Source of the DNA: Hormiphora californensis
Lineage: Eukaryota > Animalia > Ctenophora
Length of the DNA: 64,000 nucleotides
Assembly: GCA_020137815.1 (NCBI GenBank)
Contig: CM035351.1
Location: 3,410,001 to 3,474,000, forward strand
Reading direction: 5' to 3'
Part shown: positions 28,381 through 61,023 of the stretch, piece by piece
Layout of the letters: each line of letters opens with the position of its first letter
How positions within the stretch are numbered: position 1 is the first letter of the stretch
The notes under the pieces: model-generated
What the model saw: the letters and a program-made list of their open reading frames with translations, nothing else
Database searches by the model: none
Told to the model about the DNA's origin: nothing
Position numbers and translations under genes: made by a program

Positions 28381-28750
28381 GGTGCTACAACACAGCACGG
28401 GTAAAATAACACTCAGAAACGGGTTCATCTAGATACTAATTTCAGTCAGACAGGTGTCACTAATGTACTTGTAATGTAGGCTTCTTGTTGTGGTAAAGTG
28501 GTCTAAAAGGGATCATAATGATGGGCCTTGGGCATGGCAGTGTGAAGGCCGTGTGGGAGAGATAGAGAATGAGGGAGGGGGTTGGACAGAAGAAGTAAAT
28601 ATTATTTTAGTAAGAATATGGTTCAGCAATTAAACAACATAGTCTAAACAGTTCCAAACATTAAACATGATCTTTAATGACCTCTCGTCCCGACGGTATT
28701 ATGATTTGTGACATATCAACATTATGTGTATATAAAAAGAGTGTCTGCTA

Positions 28751-30546
28751 CTAAGATGATGTGTCCCGTAGCTCATCGGGTGTGTCCGGTTGCCGGGAGT
28801 AATGGGCAGCCCTGAACTCTGGTAACCCCTCCAAAGCACCAACCACACGTGTAATGGTAGGCATGACAGACATGTCAACTTTGAAACGTGTTGCGTTGTA
28901 CACTTGGGGTATCAGGCAGAGGTCCGCAATGGTAACGGTATCTCCAACACAGTACTTTCCTGATGTTTCTTTTAGGATCTCTTCTACTGCCAGAAGACCT
29001 GGAAAAGAGTATAATTTAGTCGAGGTAACACCGGGGAGATTAACGTAATTGACAAAGACTTGTTATGGGACAATGAGATCAAGGTAGGAAAGTAGAGATA
29101 CACTTAGGAACTAACACCGGGCGGACGGAGGTGAACTGACCCTTGTTAATAGCGTCGTGGCCCCACTTCATCTTTCGTTCAGCTCCCACCGCTTGAAGGA
29201 CGGATAAGTTTTGGACAGGTTGTATTCCACTATTGATAATCTCTGATATTTGCCTAACTGGGAGAAAACAAGGATCAGAATCGAATAATTTGGAAATTTA
29301 CATGATAATCGATCACCCATTAGTCCCTCTACATCGTTCAACAACAATGTGATTGATCTGCTTCCTACCAGTTAGGTAGATCAATACACAACATCTCCAC
29401 AACCAGAGTACAAGACCTCCTCCATTCTTCTAGCAGTGGGGGCTGAACGTAATATGAAATGGACCAAGATGATATTAACAGAGACGGGCACCTCTGAGAA
29501 GAAGACGTGAACTGACCCTTTGTTATAGCATCTTGAGCCAACTTCATCTTGCGTTCAGGCCCCACTGCTTGAAGAATGGAAGAGCTTCGGCTCTGAAGTG
29601 GTTGTATGCCACTATTGATAATTTCTGCTATCTGCCTAACTGAGAAAAACCCCACATCAACCAAATGTAGAGAGAAAAAATGTAGCTCAGAGAAAAAACA
29701 TCCTTGACAGGAGTACGGGATCGTGCCTTATTACCTCGTGCTTTGACCTGTGCGGGGGTGGGGGGCTTACCAAAAGCCACCTAACCGGCGGGAGGGGCTA
29801 GACCTAATTACCTCGTGCTCTGAGGGCCGGATCGCCGGGAAGGAGAGGGTTTGGTTGGGGTCTGGTCTCCTCCAGGTACTCAATTATTGGTATTGATTGT
29901 GTTAAACTCAATCCATCTATCAGTAACGTAGGCACCTAGAGGATGCATTGCATATAACTTATATTGACAACCAAACAGAAAGAGAAACTCTGTATAAAGC
30001 TGTGTACTATTGGACCGTCTATAATAGGGCCCAATGGTATCCAAAGGCCCCATGCCAGTATGGGGAGTGTCTGAATCCATTAACTACTAAGTTACCTGTT
30101 CCATGCCGTTGAGAGATTTATACTCGTCACTGTGTTGCTCCCCTCCATTGTTTAGCAGGTGAACAGCTTTCTATGGAGAGAGATGTTTTGCAATGTCTAA
30201 TCAAACTGACATCCAAACACGTGACCATCACTACAACTCAACTCGAACGACTACCCTTTTTAATTTATCATCAACACACTGGAGACAACACAGACATGCA
30301 CTACAACAATCCAATTTGTAAACAGTTTCAATGGTACAACACGCCCAAAAAAACTTGGAAAGGTCCTGAACATAACCCTAGGGCCTAGATACAATTTAGA
30401 AATGTGGACTCTGCACTAGGGCATGACCCTGTTTAGAAGTGTTGACTAACCTGATCATATTTGATCTGTTTCAGTTCAAGTGCTATCCTGACCCTCCAGC
30501 TGCAGGAGCTCCTGAAGTAGCTGAATAGCAGGGGAGCCTTGGTCAT
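28751..30546 (-). CDS. GSTZ1: Maleylacetoacetate isomerase / glutathione S-transferase zeta
   Basis: Exons ~30451-30546 ([14 protein letters not shown]), 30096-30170, 29812-29935 ([11 protein letters not shown]), duplicated exon 29517-29639 / 29141-29257 (SGIQP.Q), last exon 28751-28998 ([27 protein letters not shown]). Start could alternatively be 30570. Confidence 0.96.
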
Positions 30547-31047
30547 CCTCTCCGCTACAGCTGGTGACATATTATAGGGCGAGTGAGACACAACAAGAGA
30601 GAGAGAAATGTGAAAAAGTTCTTCCTGGTGTGGATTCCCGCGGCGTTGTTAAAGGGTGTAGGGTTATAATAACAAGAGGAGATTCCATTACACAAACAAA
30701 AAACATTTGTCGATTTGATGCAAAAATAACAAAAAGTGGTTTTTTAAATAAAACTACAACAACTAACTTTTAATTAGAAAAACATCACTCATACGGAATA
30801 CTACAGCTAGTATTTAACAGAAACATCTCAAACATGATAAGAAACATAATAAAAAACGAGTCCGGGAGGAAAAGTGATGGAGCCAGAACGGAATATTTGG
30901 GCATGTGACTGTGGCCAAAGCCCACATTATAACACGGGTTTGGCTTGAAACTCTTGAGTGCGAATACCCCATAATTATTGTCGACAATATTTAGTAGAAT
31001 AAAAGGCCACCAAACACGGCTGTATTCATGCATGGGGAGGGCGGTGT

Positions 31048-31437
31048 TTATGAGGATCGAATAGCTTTCTTTAACCATGTAATATTTTCAGGATTCCTTG
31101 CAAACTCCTTCAGCCCCGCAATAAACGGATTTCCAACTTTGTTCTGGATTCTCCTCGCTAAATCTTCTTTCTGATCTTTATCCAGTTCGTTATAACACTG
31201 TGCGAGGGGTTTATAATTGGGTACAGCTACAGCTCCTGCCGCGGTACCAAGAGCAGAGCCGGCAACCGCTCCCATACGACCCCCGAACACGGCCCCTACG
31301 AGAGCACCGAGGGCCACGGCCCCAACTTGTACCATGGTGCTGTTGGCACTTTCCGCAGCCTCCTCGTCATATTCAGCTAGCAGGTCAATCACCTGGCGAC
31401 AATAGTCCGCTGCTAGCAGTGCCATGATATCTAGCAT
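31048..31437 (-). CDS. C19orf12-like glycine-zipper membrane protein
   Basis: Gly-zipper GALVGAVFGGRMGAVAGSALG followed by YKPLAQCYNELDKDQKEDL, resembling human C19orf12 FKPVPQILMELPPAEQQRL (recalled); single coding exon. Confidence 0.7.
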   Translation of the reverse strand: MLDIMALLAADYCRQVIDLLAEYDEEAAESANSTMVQVGAVALGALVGAVFGGRMGAVAGSALGTAAGAVAVPNYKPLAQCYNELDKDQKEDLARRIQNKVGNPFIAGLKEFARNPENITWLKKAIRSS

Positions 31438-31884
31438 TGGAAGTTGTTAGTACTTAGTTGAGTTGTTAGTACTACTTATTTGATGGAAAAGGGATGTATA
31501 CAAAACAAAGAATTTTGAATTGGATAAACCACTGGAAAATAAAATGTATGGGAAATAAAACAGCGTAGGGCGGCCACATACTCACCATACTGATCAAATC
31601 GCAACATGACTAAATTTAGCAGAATCTTGATTAACTTTCACAGACAGATCGGATCAGATGAATTGATCAACAATTCAGAATGAGGATTAATTAGTAAACA
31701 TAAAACACTTACTAACACCTAGTAATTTTTATACGCTTTTGACAAGTTATCAGAGTGCAATCAGAGTGCAATTAAATCAGCATGTGCCCACCCAAAGAAT
31801 TTTATTTGATGTCAAATATCACAACATGTACAACTCCGACATACTTCATGGTTTTCACTCGGGCAGTTATAACAACAGCCCATT

Positions 31885-33230
31885 TCAACCCCAATCGAGG
31901 GGAGGATAAAGCGATGGAGAGGGAAACGGGTTTGGTTGCATAGATGGAGGCAGGATTTCATTTCTTCTTTTGGGAGCTTTCCCGCTTTTCTTCTTTATCT
32001 TGTTATTTCTCTTATCAGCAAGCCTCACCAGCCAAGCTTCAGCTGAGCGCCCTTCCAATTCTATTCGTCGCTGTGTTTGCACTGAAAACATTGCCATAAA
32101 TGAAACTGAAATAAAGCCACAACTTTAATTTCTAAACACAAGAGAAAGATCAGTTGCAGTCCAAGTGTTTAACCTACGTTGGTAGATGTATCGATCGTTG
32201 AAGTGGGAATAACGGCAGGCAGATCCAAACTCGCATTTCCCTAATTTTTCAAACTTTTTACAGATCTCCACCTGAAACAAAACATTGCTGTTAACAGAGA
32301 GGACGATACAAAAACAAAAACGCAGTTCAAAGTAAGAACAAAAACACAGTTCAAAGTTGGAACAAATGCACATTCTACAATCACACATTATAACACACAT
32401 ATCATATCGACTCAGTTCTCTGCTCAGTTGTTGTATTTCCATTCTCATCAGTTCTAGTTGTGGTGACAGTCCGTGTTCGACCCTCAACCCGCTCTCTCCG
32501 CTCCTCGGTCACCTTACTCCCATTGATCCATCTCTGGGAGTAAGATGTGCTCTCCCTAGTTACCCCTCCTCCCCCTCCATACTGGGGTACTTGGGGTCGT
32601 GTTAGCACCCCCAGATCTCCCCGTATATCTACCTCCTCATCCCTCACTCCCCCTGACACTCCTCCGCCACCAGTCTTGTTCCGCTCCTTAATGTGTCGCG
32701 AGTCGAGAAGGAAGTAAGCTCGAGGATTTTGTAACTTGGCGGATTGGTCGGCTGGATGCTGCGATCTACTCGGACCAGTCGGTTGCATACCATCGAACAT
32801 CCGGAAGAGATCTTCAAACTCCTTCATAAATGGATCACCTCTATTTCCGAAAAACCCTCCCCTCCTTTCATCCCCATCATCATCGTTAAATGGCCAAGGC
32901 ATGGGCTACATAAATAACAGCAAATGTTATTCTAGCTTTATTATAGGGAGTTCGATTCAAACAAGAACAGCATATTAGAGAATTTGTATAACTGAGGCAA
33001 AATTAAAATGGTATACAACAAAGAAGCTAGCTAATTAAAGTTCCGAAATATAGTTTTGAGTAGCTTACATTTTCAGGGAGGCTATCATAAAGTTCCAAGG
33101 GATCTGTACAAGATGCGTAGTATTGCTTATGGGCCAATTGGTGCCCAAAACTCTTGAGGTGCTTCTCTCGACTGACTCTGTTATCCGGGAAACCCTTTTT
33201 GCAGTAATCGCAGTAGTAGCACTTACCCAT
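31885..33230 (-). CDS. ZMAT5: U11/U12 snRNP 20K zinc-finger protein
   Basis: Exons 33069-33230 (MGKCYYCDYC..F.DN...R.KH....H), 32178-32271 (CCCH finger CKKF...G.C.FG..C.YSH), 31885-32105 (LPPSM.P...DWG*); phases are consistent. Confidence 0.9.
32402..32902 (-). CDS. Intronless HAX1-like protein nested in ZMAT5 intron 1
   Basis: 166-aa ORF: GFFG..DPF, acidic stretch, C-terminal S.S.....NG...EERR....GRT.T..TR pattern resembling HAX1 (recalled); AG acceptor 3 nt before ATG. Confidence 0.65.
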   Translation of the reverse strand: MPWPFNDDDGDERRGGFFGNRGDPFMKEFEDLFRMFDGMQPTGPSRSQHPADQSAKLQNPRAYFLLDSRHIKERNKTGGGGVSGGVRDEEVDIRGDLGVLTRPQVPQYGGGGGVTRESTSYSQRWINGSKVTEERRERVEGRTRTVTTTRTDENGNTTTEQRTESI

Positions 33231-33467
33231 TCAGCTGTGTCAAATCTTAAACCATATGAGACTGAATGAGAACGATTAAACACAGTTTTCGCCTTTCGGC
33301 AATTTGAAAGCCAATTTTGATCACATTCAGAACATTTTATGAGTTTAAACTTCAGTTAAGTAACTGAGAATGTGTAAACTGTTATTAAAATCGTGGTTTT
33401 CATCTTTTTTGGGATAAATAAGCTGAAAATATAGGACAAAATTTGGCAAACGTTGCTGGCCCCCGAT

Positions 33468-33497
33468 AGGGCGGGATAAGGCAGGGCGGGATAAGGC
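33468..33497. promoter_or_regulatory. Tandem 15-bp repeat AGGGCGGGATAAGGC (GC-box plus GATA-like) in the divergent ZMAT5/ADAM10 intergenic region
   Basis: Two perfect copies ~240 bp upstream of the ZMAT5 ATG; function is inferred. Confidence 0.35.
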
Positions 33498-34118
33498 AGC
33501 GCTTTTCAAGGACAAAATTCGGGAATTTAAGTTTTTCTGGAACGGCGAGAAAAATTTTTTAAAAATGCCCTGGCCAGAATCTGATATAACTTCAACGCTG
33601 CCCGACCGAATTTTATGGAACGCGCATAAAATAAGTTAAATAGCGACGCATATTAGCGGCGCGCGATGTTTACAATGCATTGCAATTTTGACAAAGCAAA
33701 AAAGTGTTGTTCTTTTCTCTTTTTCGACTTTCTGTTTCATTTCTGTCTTATTTTCCTTGCCCGTTCACCGTTGCACTGAAAATCCTGGATTTGTACCCAA
33801 AAAAATGTGGCGATGCCACGGTGGCATGCTAAAAACGGGAATTATCACTGCGACATTTCCGTTTATCTTGTTTTTGACTTGCTGTAAATTGTCAGGCAGT
33901 TGGCTGTTGGCACTGACAGTAAACTGTGTAACACTAACATCCCGCACGCTGCTTCGGCCCAGTGCGGAGGGGCGCCGTTACGATCTGGGTGTTTGCCGTT
34001 TGGTGGCCCGTTTACAGGTGCGTGCTTCCAAAAAAGTTGATTCACTAAAATGGCTCTAACCTGTAACCACTCAACCGTTTTGGCTAATTCAAAGTTTATC
34101 TGGTAGTAAATTTCAAGG

Positions 34119-34174
34119 CCTAACCCCAACCCAAATCCCAACCCTAACCCTAACCTTACTTTAGCCCTAACCCT
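34119..34174. repeat. Degenerate CCCTAA (telomere-like) repeats
   Basis: CCTAACCCCAACCCAAATCCCAACCCTAACCCTAACC...CCCTAACCC; probably internal to a degraded MITE. Confidence 0.6.
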
Positions 34175-34365
34175 TAAAAACCGTTTGTCAGCACTCACCA
34201 AACACCCAGATTTTAACGCTGGCCAGTGCGGAGAGGGCAAACTTTTGCATTATTTCTTAACTATATGAGTCAATTGAATTGATTTGAATTGTGATGTTTA
34301 CATTGATTAATATTCTAACCGTGCACTTCATTCAAGGTGTATGTTGGGGCCTCAATTATGATAAA

Positions 34366-49830
<15,465 letters not shown>

Positions 49831-51358
49831 CACAGAAAGATACAGTTTTAATTTTTTTGTTCGCATAATACATATTATCATTTGTTCTATCTCTCTCTCT
49901 TAAAAGTAAAACCATCACGAACAGTACAAAACCAATCACATACAGCCAAAGATTTTAAGGGTAATTCTTCTTTTTTTTAAACTCCTTTTTATTTGGTATA
50001 CATTGGGGCAGAGTATTATTACTTACTACTTAGTAACTACAAATAATATGGGTTAGCTCTGGATTATGAGATTATAAGGAAAGTTTTGATTTATTTTGTG
50101 GTCAGAGGAAGTTTTACAGATGTTAATTCTAATAGTTATTCAAATAACAGTTGTGTTAAACATAGTCGTGGCCTAAATGTAACAGAGGGATACTGCAGCG
50201 TGATTTGTAACTTGAGAGTTAATAATTGTAGAAACATTTTGTTCAAATAAATACAATTCTCTAGTTTTCAATTAATTTTCACGAAGTTGTGGAATGTGGA
50301 CCCCACTATACATACCCCCCCCCCCCCCCCCCCCCATATTCCACATTCAACTTAGGCCTCATGAGGAGTTGTTGCTAAACAACTGGGGGATGGTTCGGAG
50401 CGATTTTACTTAAGTTGTAAGCGGCGATGTTTATTATTTTAAACTGCGTCATGCGCCGCGCGCTGAAATTCAACATTTAATTCGCGCGCGTGCATGCATT
50501 CTCAAAATTTCAAAAGAATTTTTCCAAGTTAAAAACCTGAAAAAGTGTTTTTTGCCAGGTTATCGCGTTTTGATATGGTGTTGAAGCGTGTTTTCGTACT
50601 GTAGCACATCCCCAGACACAATTATACACAATTATAGCCGATATGCGATGCCAAATGGCTCGTTAAGTTCTCACAAAGGCGCCAAAACCTTAGGTAACTG
50701 CTGAAGCTCTCAGCCTTGTAGGATATATATATGACTTATTTGTATATGTCTATAGTGTGAGAGCGGGAAGAGTCACTTATTGACTATGATATATATGTTG
50801 AAGTTCATTTTCATTTTCAAGTGAAAAAACGTTTTTGATGAGTCATGTGCCATGGCTAAGCTGTAAGCATTAGAATTTAGAGATTAGACGCACCATAATT
50901 CTGTTATGAAAGAAAGGGAACGCAGAATTTATTTCGAAATTCGAAGGGACAGTGGTATTTTATCTATTAAAATGGCTAATTTTTCTTCATCTGTCTTCGA
51001 AAATCTGAGAAGTGAGAATCATCCTTGTTGTTCAAACCGTGTCTGTCATGATACTGAAGAGGTTCAAATCCCGGCGTAGGTCGCAGCAGATCAGTCACCA
51101 GGCTGTGAATTAGTAGGGAATTTCTTGTCAAGAAAGTGAGAGCTTCGGAAGTGCTGCAGAGAAATCTGTACCGAAATCAACAACTCATTTCTAGACTGGA
51201 CACTATCGGTATCCAGGGAGTTCCGAGTTATTTACAAAATTTACGGGACGTCTACACTTTAGAGATATTTTCCAGTCAATCAAATATTCTTCTTGACGTA
51301 CATGGTTGCATTAGTGGCTGGAGCCTGGTGAGTGTTGAAGGTTTCACTCACGAGCACT

Positions 51359-52411
51359 CACGCATGTAGGGGAAGGGGGGGGGGGGCAGGGTACGCCATG
51401 GCCCAGTAGTTTTCAGGAAATGGCCCCAGTACTTTTCACGATTAGACTTTTTGGCCTAAAAACCGAAAAAATTTTCAGGCTCCGCTGTCGCTTCGCCAAA
51501 TCGATTCAAATTTGCAATAGAAAAGTCGATTTATGTTATATCACGTGACCAAAAAATAAAGAATAGAAGAAAAAAGGGAAAAATGAAATAAAGAAAACCA
51601 AAACAACGACTATAGAAGACTGCCACGGGGAAACTGGGGTCCTTTGTCTTCTCTCTGCCTTCCTCGTCATATTAACAAATCGGGGTATTGCCAGTCTAGA
51701 TTCTGCCGGTCATATTACGTCAGATTACGAAACATGACGGGTTGTTTACAGTCCTTCCTCATATTTGCTCCATTCATGGATAAATCTGAGATCATGACCG
51801 GCGCAGCATCATGAATTTATCAATGTTCGTCACAGGTCACTCAAAATTACTGGACAGTATATAATCGAGTCGTAAAATGATCATGATTGCATGATGACAC
51901 ATGTAAACAATGGTAGTATGTAGTCATGGCTGTGCAACCTTGGGTGGTACGTACGATATGAAGTTATCACGATGACTCACTGCCATAATGCTGTGTTTCC
52001 TCGCCCGTCAAGGGTCTATGGGATCATGTTACCATAGTCACAATGTCATGCGACATGCACACCAATCAATTCAATCACGAATTAGCTATCATTTATCTAA
52101 TTTCCAACACTTCTTCTTCTTCTGGGAGTGTCGGGGAACGACTTTCGTGAATGCGATATAATCGACGATATGAATTATGAATGAGTGCTCGCAGGCATGT
52201 AGGGGAAGTTTTGAGAGTGGTGGGGCCAATTTTTTTGGTCACGTGATATAACATAAATCGACTTTTCTATTGCAAATTTGAATCGATTTGGCGAAGCGAC
52301 AGCGGAGCCTGAAAATTTTTTCGGTTTTTAGGCCAAAAAGTCTAATCGTGAAAAGTACTGGGGCCATTTCCTGAAAACTACTGGGCCATGGCGTACCCTG
52401 CCCCCCCCCCC
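51359..52411. mobile_element. hAT-type MITE seen twice in opposite orientation (51359-51557 and 52192-52411)
   Basis: TIR CA(G/C)GCATGTAGGGGAAG; the same 8-mer AGTGCTCG flanks both (52184-52191; reverse complement at 51351-51358); runs into gap N 52412-52511. Confidence 0.75.
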
Positions 52412-53172
52412 NNNNNNNNNNNNNNNNNNNNNNNNNNNNNNNNNNNNNNNNNNNNNNNNNNNNNNNNNNNNNNNNNNNNNNNNNNNNNNNNNNNNNNNNN
52501 NNNNNNNNNNNTTTTTTGGTAAAGGGGGGCCTTTTTTTAGGACTGGAATTTAAAACCGCTCAGAAAGGGGATTTAAACCCTGCTTAATCGAGCAAAATAT
52601 ATAAAAATGAAGTTTTGACATCATTTTTCACCCCAACGCACGGGGAAAGACCAATCCCCTTACAAAAAAACGCCTTTTATCCCCCGCTTTTTTTTGCAAA
52701 ACTTAACTTCTAAACCGTTGAAGAAAGGGGGGTTTTTAAACCCTGCTTAACGATGCGAAAGAAAAAAAATGAGAGGAAATGGCCTTATTTTATCCCGGGT
52801 GCAGGAAAGGCACAAAAATGCAAAAAATGATTTTTGCCCAAATCACGTGCCCCCAAAATTCACGCCATGGGCCTTTACGCAAAAATTCGGACGAATTTGG
52901 GCCCTAGCCCCCCTGGGGTGCATATTGGATCCTAGCGGACCCCTGTAAAAATCGGAGCCCCCAACTCCAAAATTTAATCCCCCTTAAGGGCCTTTTGCCC
53001 TTTTTTTGGCGTTTTTCAATTAGCGAAATTAACGAACCAAAAGTTTTCGGACCAAAAATAAGCGGTATTTGTCCCTCCATTATAAATTTGTTAGCATGGA
53101 AAGTTTTCACGGGAAATGGGGAGGAAGGGATGTTTTATCGATTTATGGGGTTTCCCAAAATTTTCCCTTCAG

Positions 53173-58057
<4,885 letters not shown>

Positions 58058-58625
58058 GTGATCACATTTTTATACCGTTTTAACGACTAATTTATTATCT
58101 TTTAACCCTCCGTAAAGTGTTCGTCATCTCTGCATACCACGCCCAACAAGATATGTGTGATTGCAAAAGAGAAAGTTCTCACAGCCCTTGAGCAACGTAG
58201 CGCTGAAAAGCTATCACTCGTTTTGACAGTTCTTTTCTGGTGAAAGTCTATTGGACCGCGCGCCGTCAAGCATGGATTGGCGCGCAGGGGAACCTCCTCT
58301 GCGCGAATGGGGTTCGTGGCGTGACATCGCGCGTTACAACATCGTAAAATGTGTAGACTTTGTTGGTGTTGGGTGACCCATTCCGACGACAAACTCGACA
58401 GTCGACCGAGCCCCCGAAAGTTTGTATGGCTGACATTGCACCGCTATGTGAGAGTTCGGTAGATCAACCAAGAGGTAGTGATATTGTTTTCAGCAAATAA
58501 ACTTGAAAACGAGTTAGTTACGGATTTTGTAAATTGATAAATGACAATCATGCAAAACAAGTTGTTTAAAATTTTAAACAAACACCAAAAATAAACAAAG
58601 TAACAAAAATATATCTCCCTATTTT

Positions 58626-60464
58626 CTATGAAGCCTCGACTACGGGAGTTTGTTTGGCTATTGACGAGAGGTAAGCAACAGAGTTCACACCACCGCAAAC
58701 ATGTAATCCAGTCTCTGCTGAGAATGCCACACACTCCAGATCCGTTGGAAAGGTTCGAGTACTTTGGAGGGTCAGTGCATCAGTTCCTAGCTCCCACAAC
58801 TGTAATGGAAGGAACTATTATAGGCAATAGGGACATTGAAAAGATAGCTGAAATTATATCCTGTCGGACAAGGAAAGTTAATTTGTGGGTTTTACTTTCC
58901 TTGCTCGACCCTGTTTCCCCGCGCCCCGAAAAATAAAAAGAGTTTGAAAAAACAAGGTCCCCCCCCCCCCCTGTGCTAACCTGAAGAGAGTCTTCCCCAA
59001 CACTGGCAAATATGTTCTCCTTGTATCTTCTGATTTGTCGGACTGAGTGAGATGTTGTTTTGTGCACTGGAGCACACGTTCTAGTGTCCCAAAGAACAAT
59101 CTGGGTGAAGCGATTAGTATGATAAAAATTTTGCGTTCTGTTCTATATTCTAACCCTTCTTTTACAAAATCTGTAATTCGTCACGGGTCTAGAAACACGG
59201 TAAATCAATTATCATTTGTAAACGTTGCTCCCGTTTCCACTCACACTGCAATCAATAGATCCGGACATGAGGTGAAACTCGCTGCCCGACCAACACAGCG
59301 ACCTGACAGCCTCGTTATGGCCCCCTGCCAGGGTGCTAAACCCTCCCCTAGTTCTCCTATCCCACAGTCTAATGGTACAATCCTCACTTGCACTGGCTAC
59401 CACTTCTGAGGAGGGCAGTCCCGCACACTCCCACACACCCGCTATGTGACCTAGGGGGAGGTTGTCATACTGGGGGGAGGTTGTCATGTGACCTAGGGGG
59501 AGGTTGTCATACTGGGGGGGGGGGGTTGTCATAATGGGGGGCAGAGGAGGGCAGTACCGCACACTCCCACACACCCGCTATGTGACCTAGGGGGAGATTG
59601 TCATGTGACCTAGGGGGAGGTTGCCATATACTACAGGTAATCTGTAAAGTTACTCAAGTTGCTACATGAAGCTGTTTCTTTGCACACGATGCACAGTTAA
59701 TTTGTGAGACTAGGGGGATGAGGCATTGAAGATAACTGTCATCCAACAGAGGGTTTGTTATGTTCTAACCTGTGAAACAGGGTCGAGCAAGGCAACAGAG
59801 AATATAATCCAGAAAGGGGTTTTGATTAGTAGTGTGTTTTTTATACCTTTGAGTAGGGCTAGAGGAGTGGAGGAGGTAGTGTCCCAGATGCCCACTGTGC
59901 CGTCCCAGCTGGCAGTGGTTATCTGTGAATCTGTTACATCAGCACACATAACCCAACCTGTGTGGCCTGAGAGGGGGGAGATGTAATTTTAAGGAATAGA
60001 ACAGGAACTGGAAGTGATTTAGATTCTTTCATGGCCCTTTGAAAGTTGAAACGTCACATGTTAGTTCAAACAGACATTCCATGATCAGCAAGTTTAATCA
60101 ACTACCCCCCGCCCTAAATTAGCATGAATTACATCATCACAGGAAGTACATGACGTCACGCGATGACGTCATTACCTTTAAAAGCAGTCACTTCCTCCCC
60201 ACTGGCAACATCCCTCAAAACTGCAGTGTTGTCCGCCGAACTAGTCACCAACCTATCCTGTCCAAACCACCTGACACCCGTAACAGGCAGGCCATGGACC
60301 TGGGACAGTGTCGTCACAGGGTCCTCTCCATCAGGTACGGAGTACACATGGACACCCTTATCCCAGGAGGTAGTGGCCAGGCGAGAGGAGGAGGAGGAGG
60401 AGAAGTCGGCACCTGATATCTGCCATGAGTGGTGGGACAAACTCCTCAAGGGTTGGCTGATCAT
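58626..60464 (-). CDS. WD40-repeat protein, unassigned
   Basis: Exons ~60176-60464, 59847-59967, ~59244-59450, 58981-59100, 58626-58799: LATTSWDK, GHTGWV..TASWDGTVGIWD, GH..SASEDCTIRLWD, SGSIDCS.VLWD. Start uncertain. Confidence 0.85.
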
Positions 60465-60506
60465 ATTGTCATGTTGCTACATAAAAAGTTATATAGCTGA
60501 GTATAA

Positions 60507-60646
60507 CAGTCAGGCCCCGATTTACCGGAACCCCGATTCACCGGGAGAATAAACTTCCCCCGATATAGGAAATTAACGGTATTTTGCCCCGATTTACAGG
60601 GCAAAACCCTTTCCCTCGACCATCTCGGTAAATCGGGGTCCGACTG
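60507..60646. mobile_element. 140-bp MITE, same TIR family as 6542-7403
   Basis: CAGTCAGGCCCCGATTTA ... TAAATCGGGGTCCGACTG|TA. Confidence 0.8.
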
Positions 60647-60683
60647 TATCATACTTGATCTATACCGAACCCTTACAGAGAGC

Positions 60684-60717
<34 letters not shown>

Positions 60718-61023
60718 CCATACAATATCATACTTGAGGGAACTTTTGTAATTTGTTCTCGAGAAATGTTATTTGTTATCGAACCAGCCGGAAAGTATTG
60801 TGCAATCACAGTGTGTGTTTTAAAATCCTGCTCCAGGTAGTACGAGTATTTCAATACTCGCTCGGGGGCAACGGCGAAGAATGTCCGATAAGTTTTGCTA
60901 ACTTGACCTTTTGTGTTTGGGCATTCTATCCGGTCATGCATGAAGAGAGTGGGTGAAAGATAGAGGTGGATTCATCTTATCCACACTATCTAGGTTGATG
61001 AATTTGAAAACAAAAGATCTCAC

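Noticed and set aside
25592-30546. Recent horizontal transfer of a bacterial hmg operon
   Set aside because: Both genes have multiple spliceosomal introns and animal-like sequences, and no HGD is adjacent.
34119-34174. Telomere fusion site
   Set aside because: Few, degenerate, one-directional repeats.
51058-51080. tRNA gene (GGTTCAAATCCC)
   Set aside because: Only a T-loop/B-box-like motif; no cloverleaf.
58102-58392. piggyBac-like end (TTAA CCCT) and 96-aa ORF
   Set aside because: No matching second terminus and no recognisable domain.
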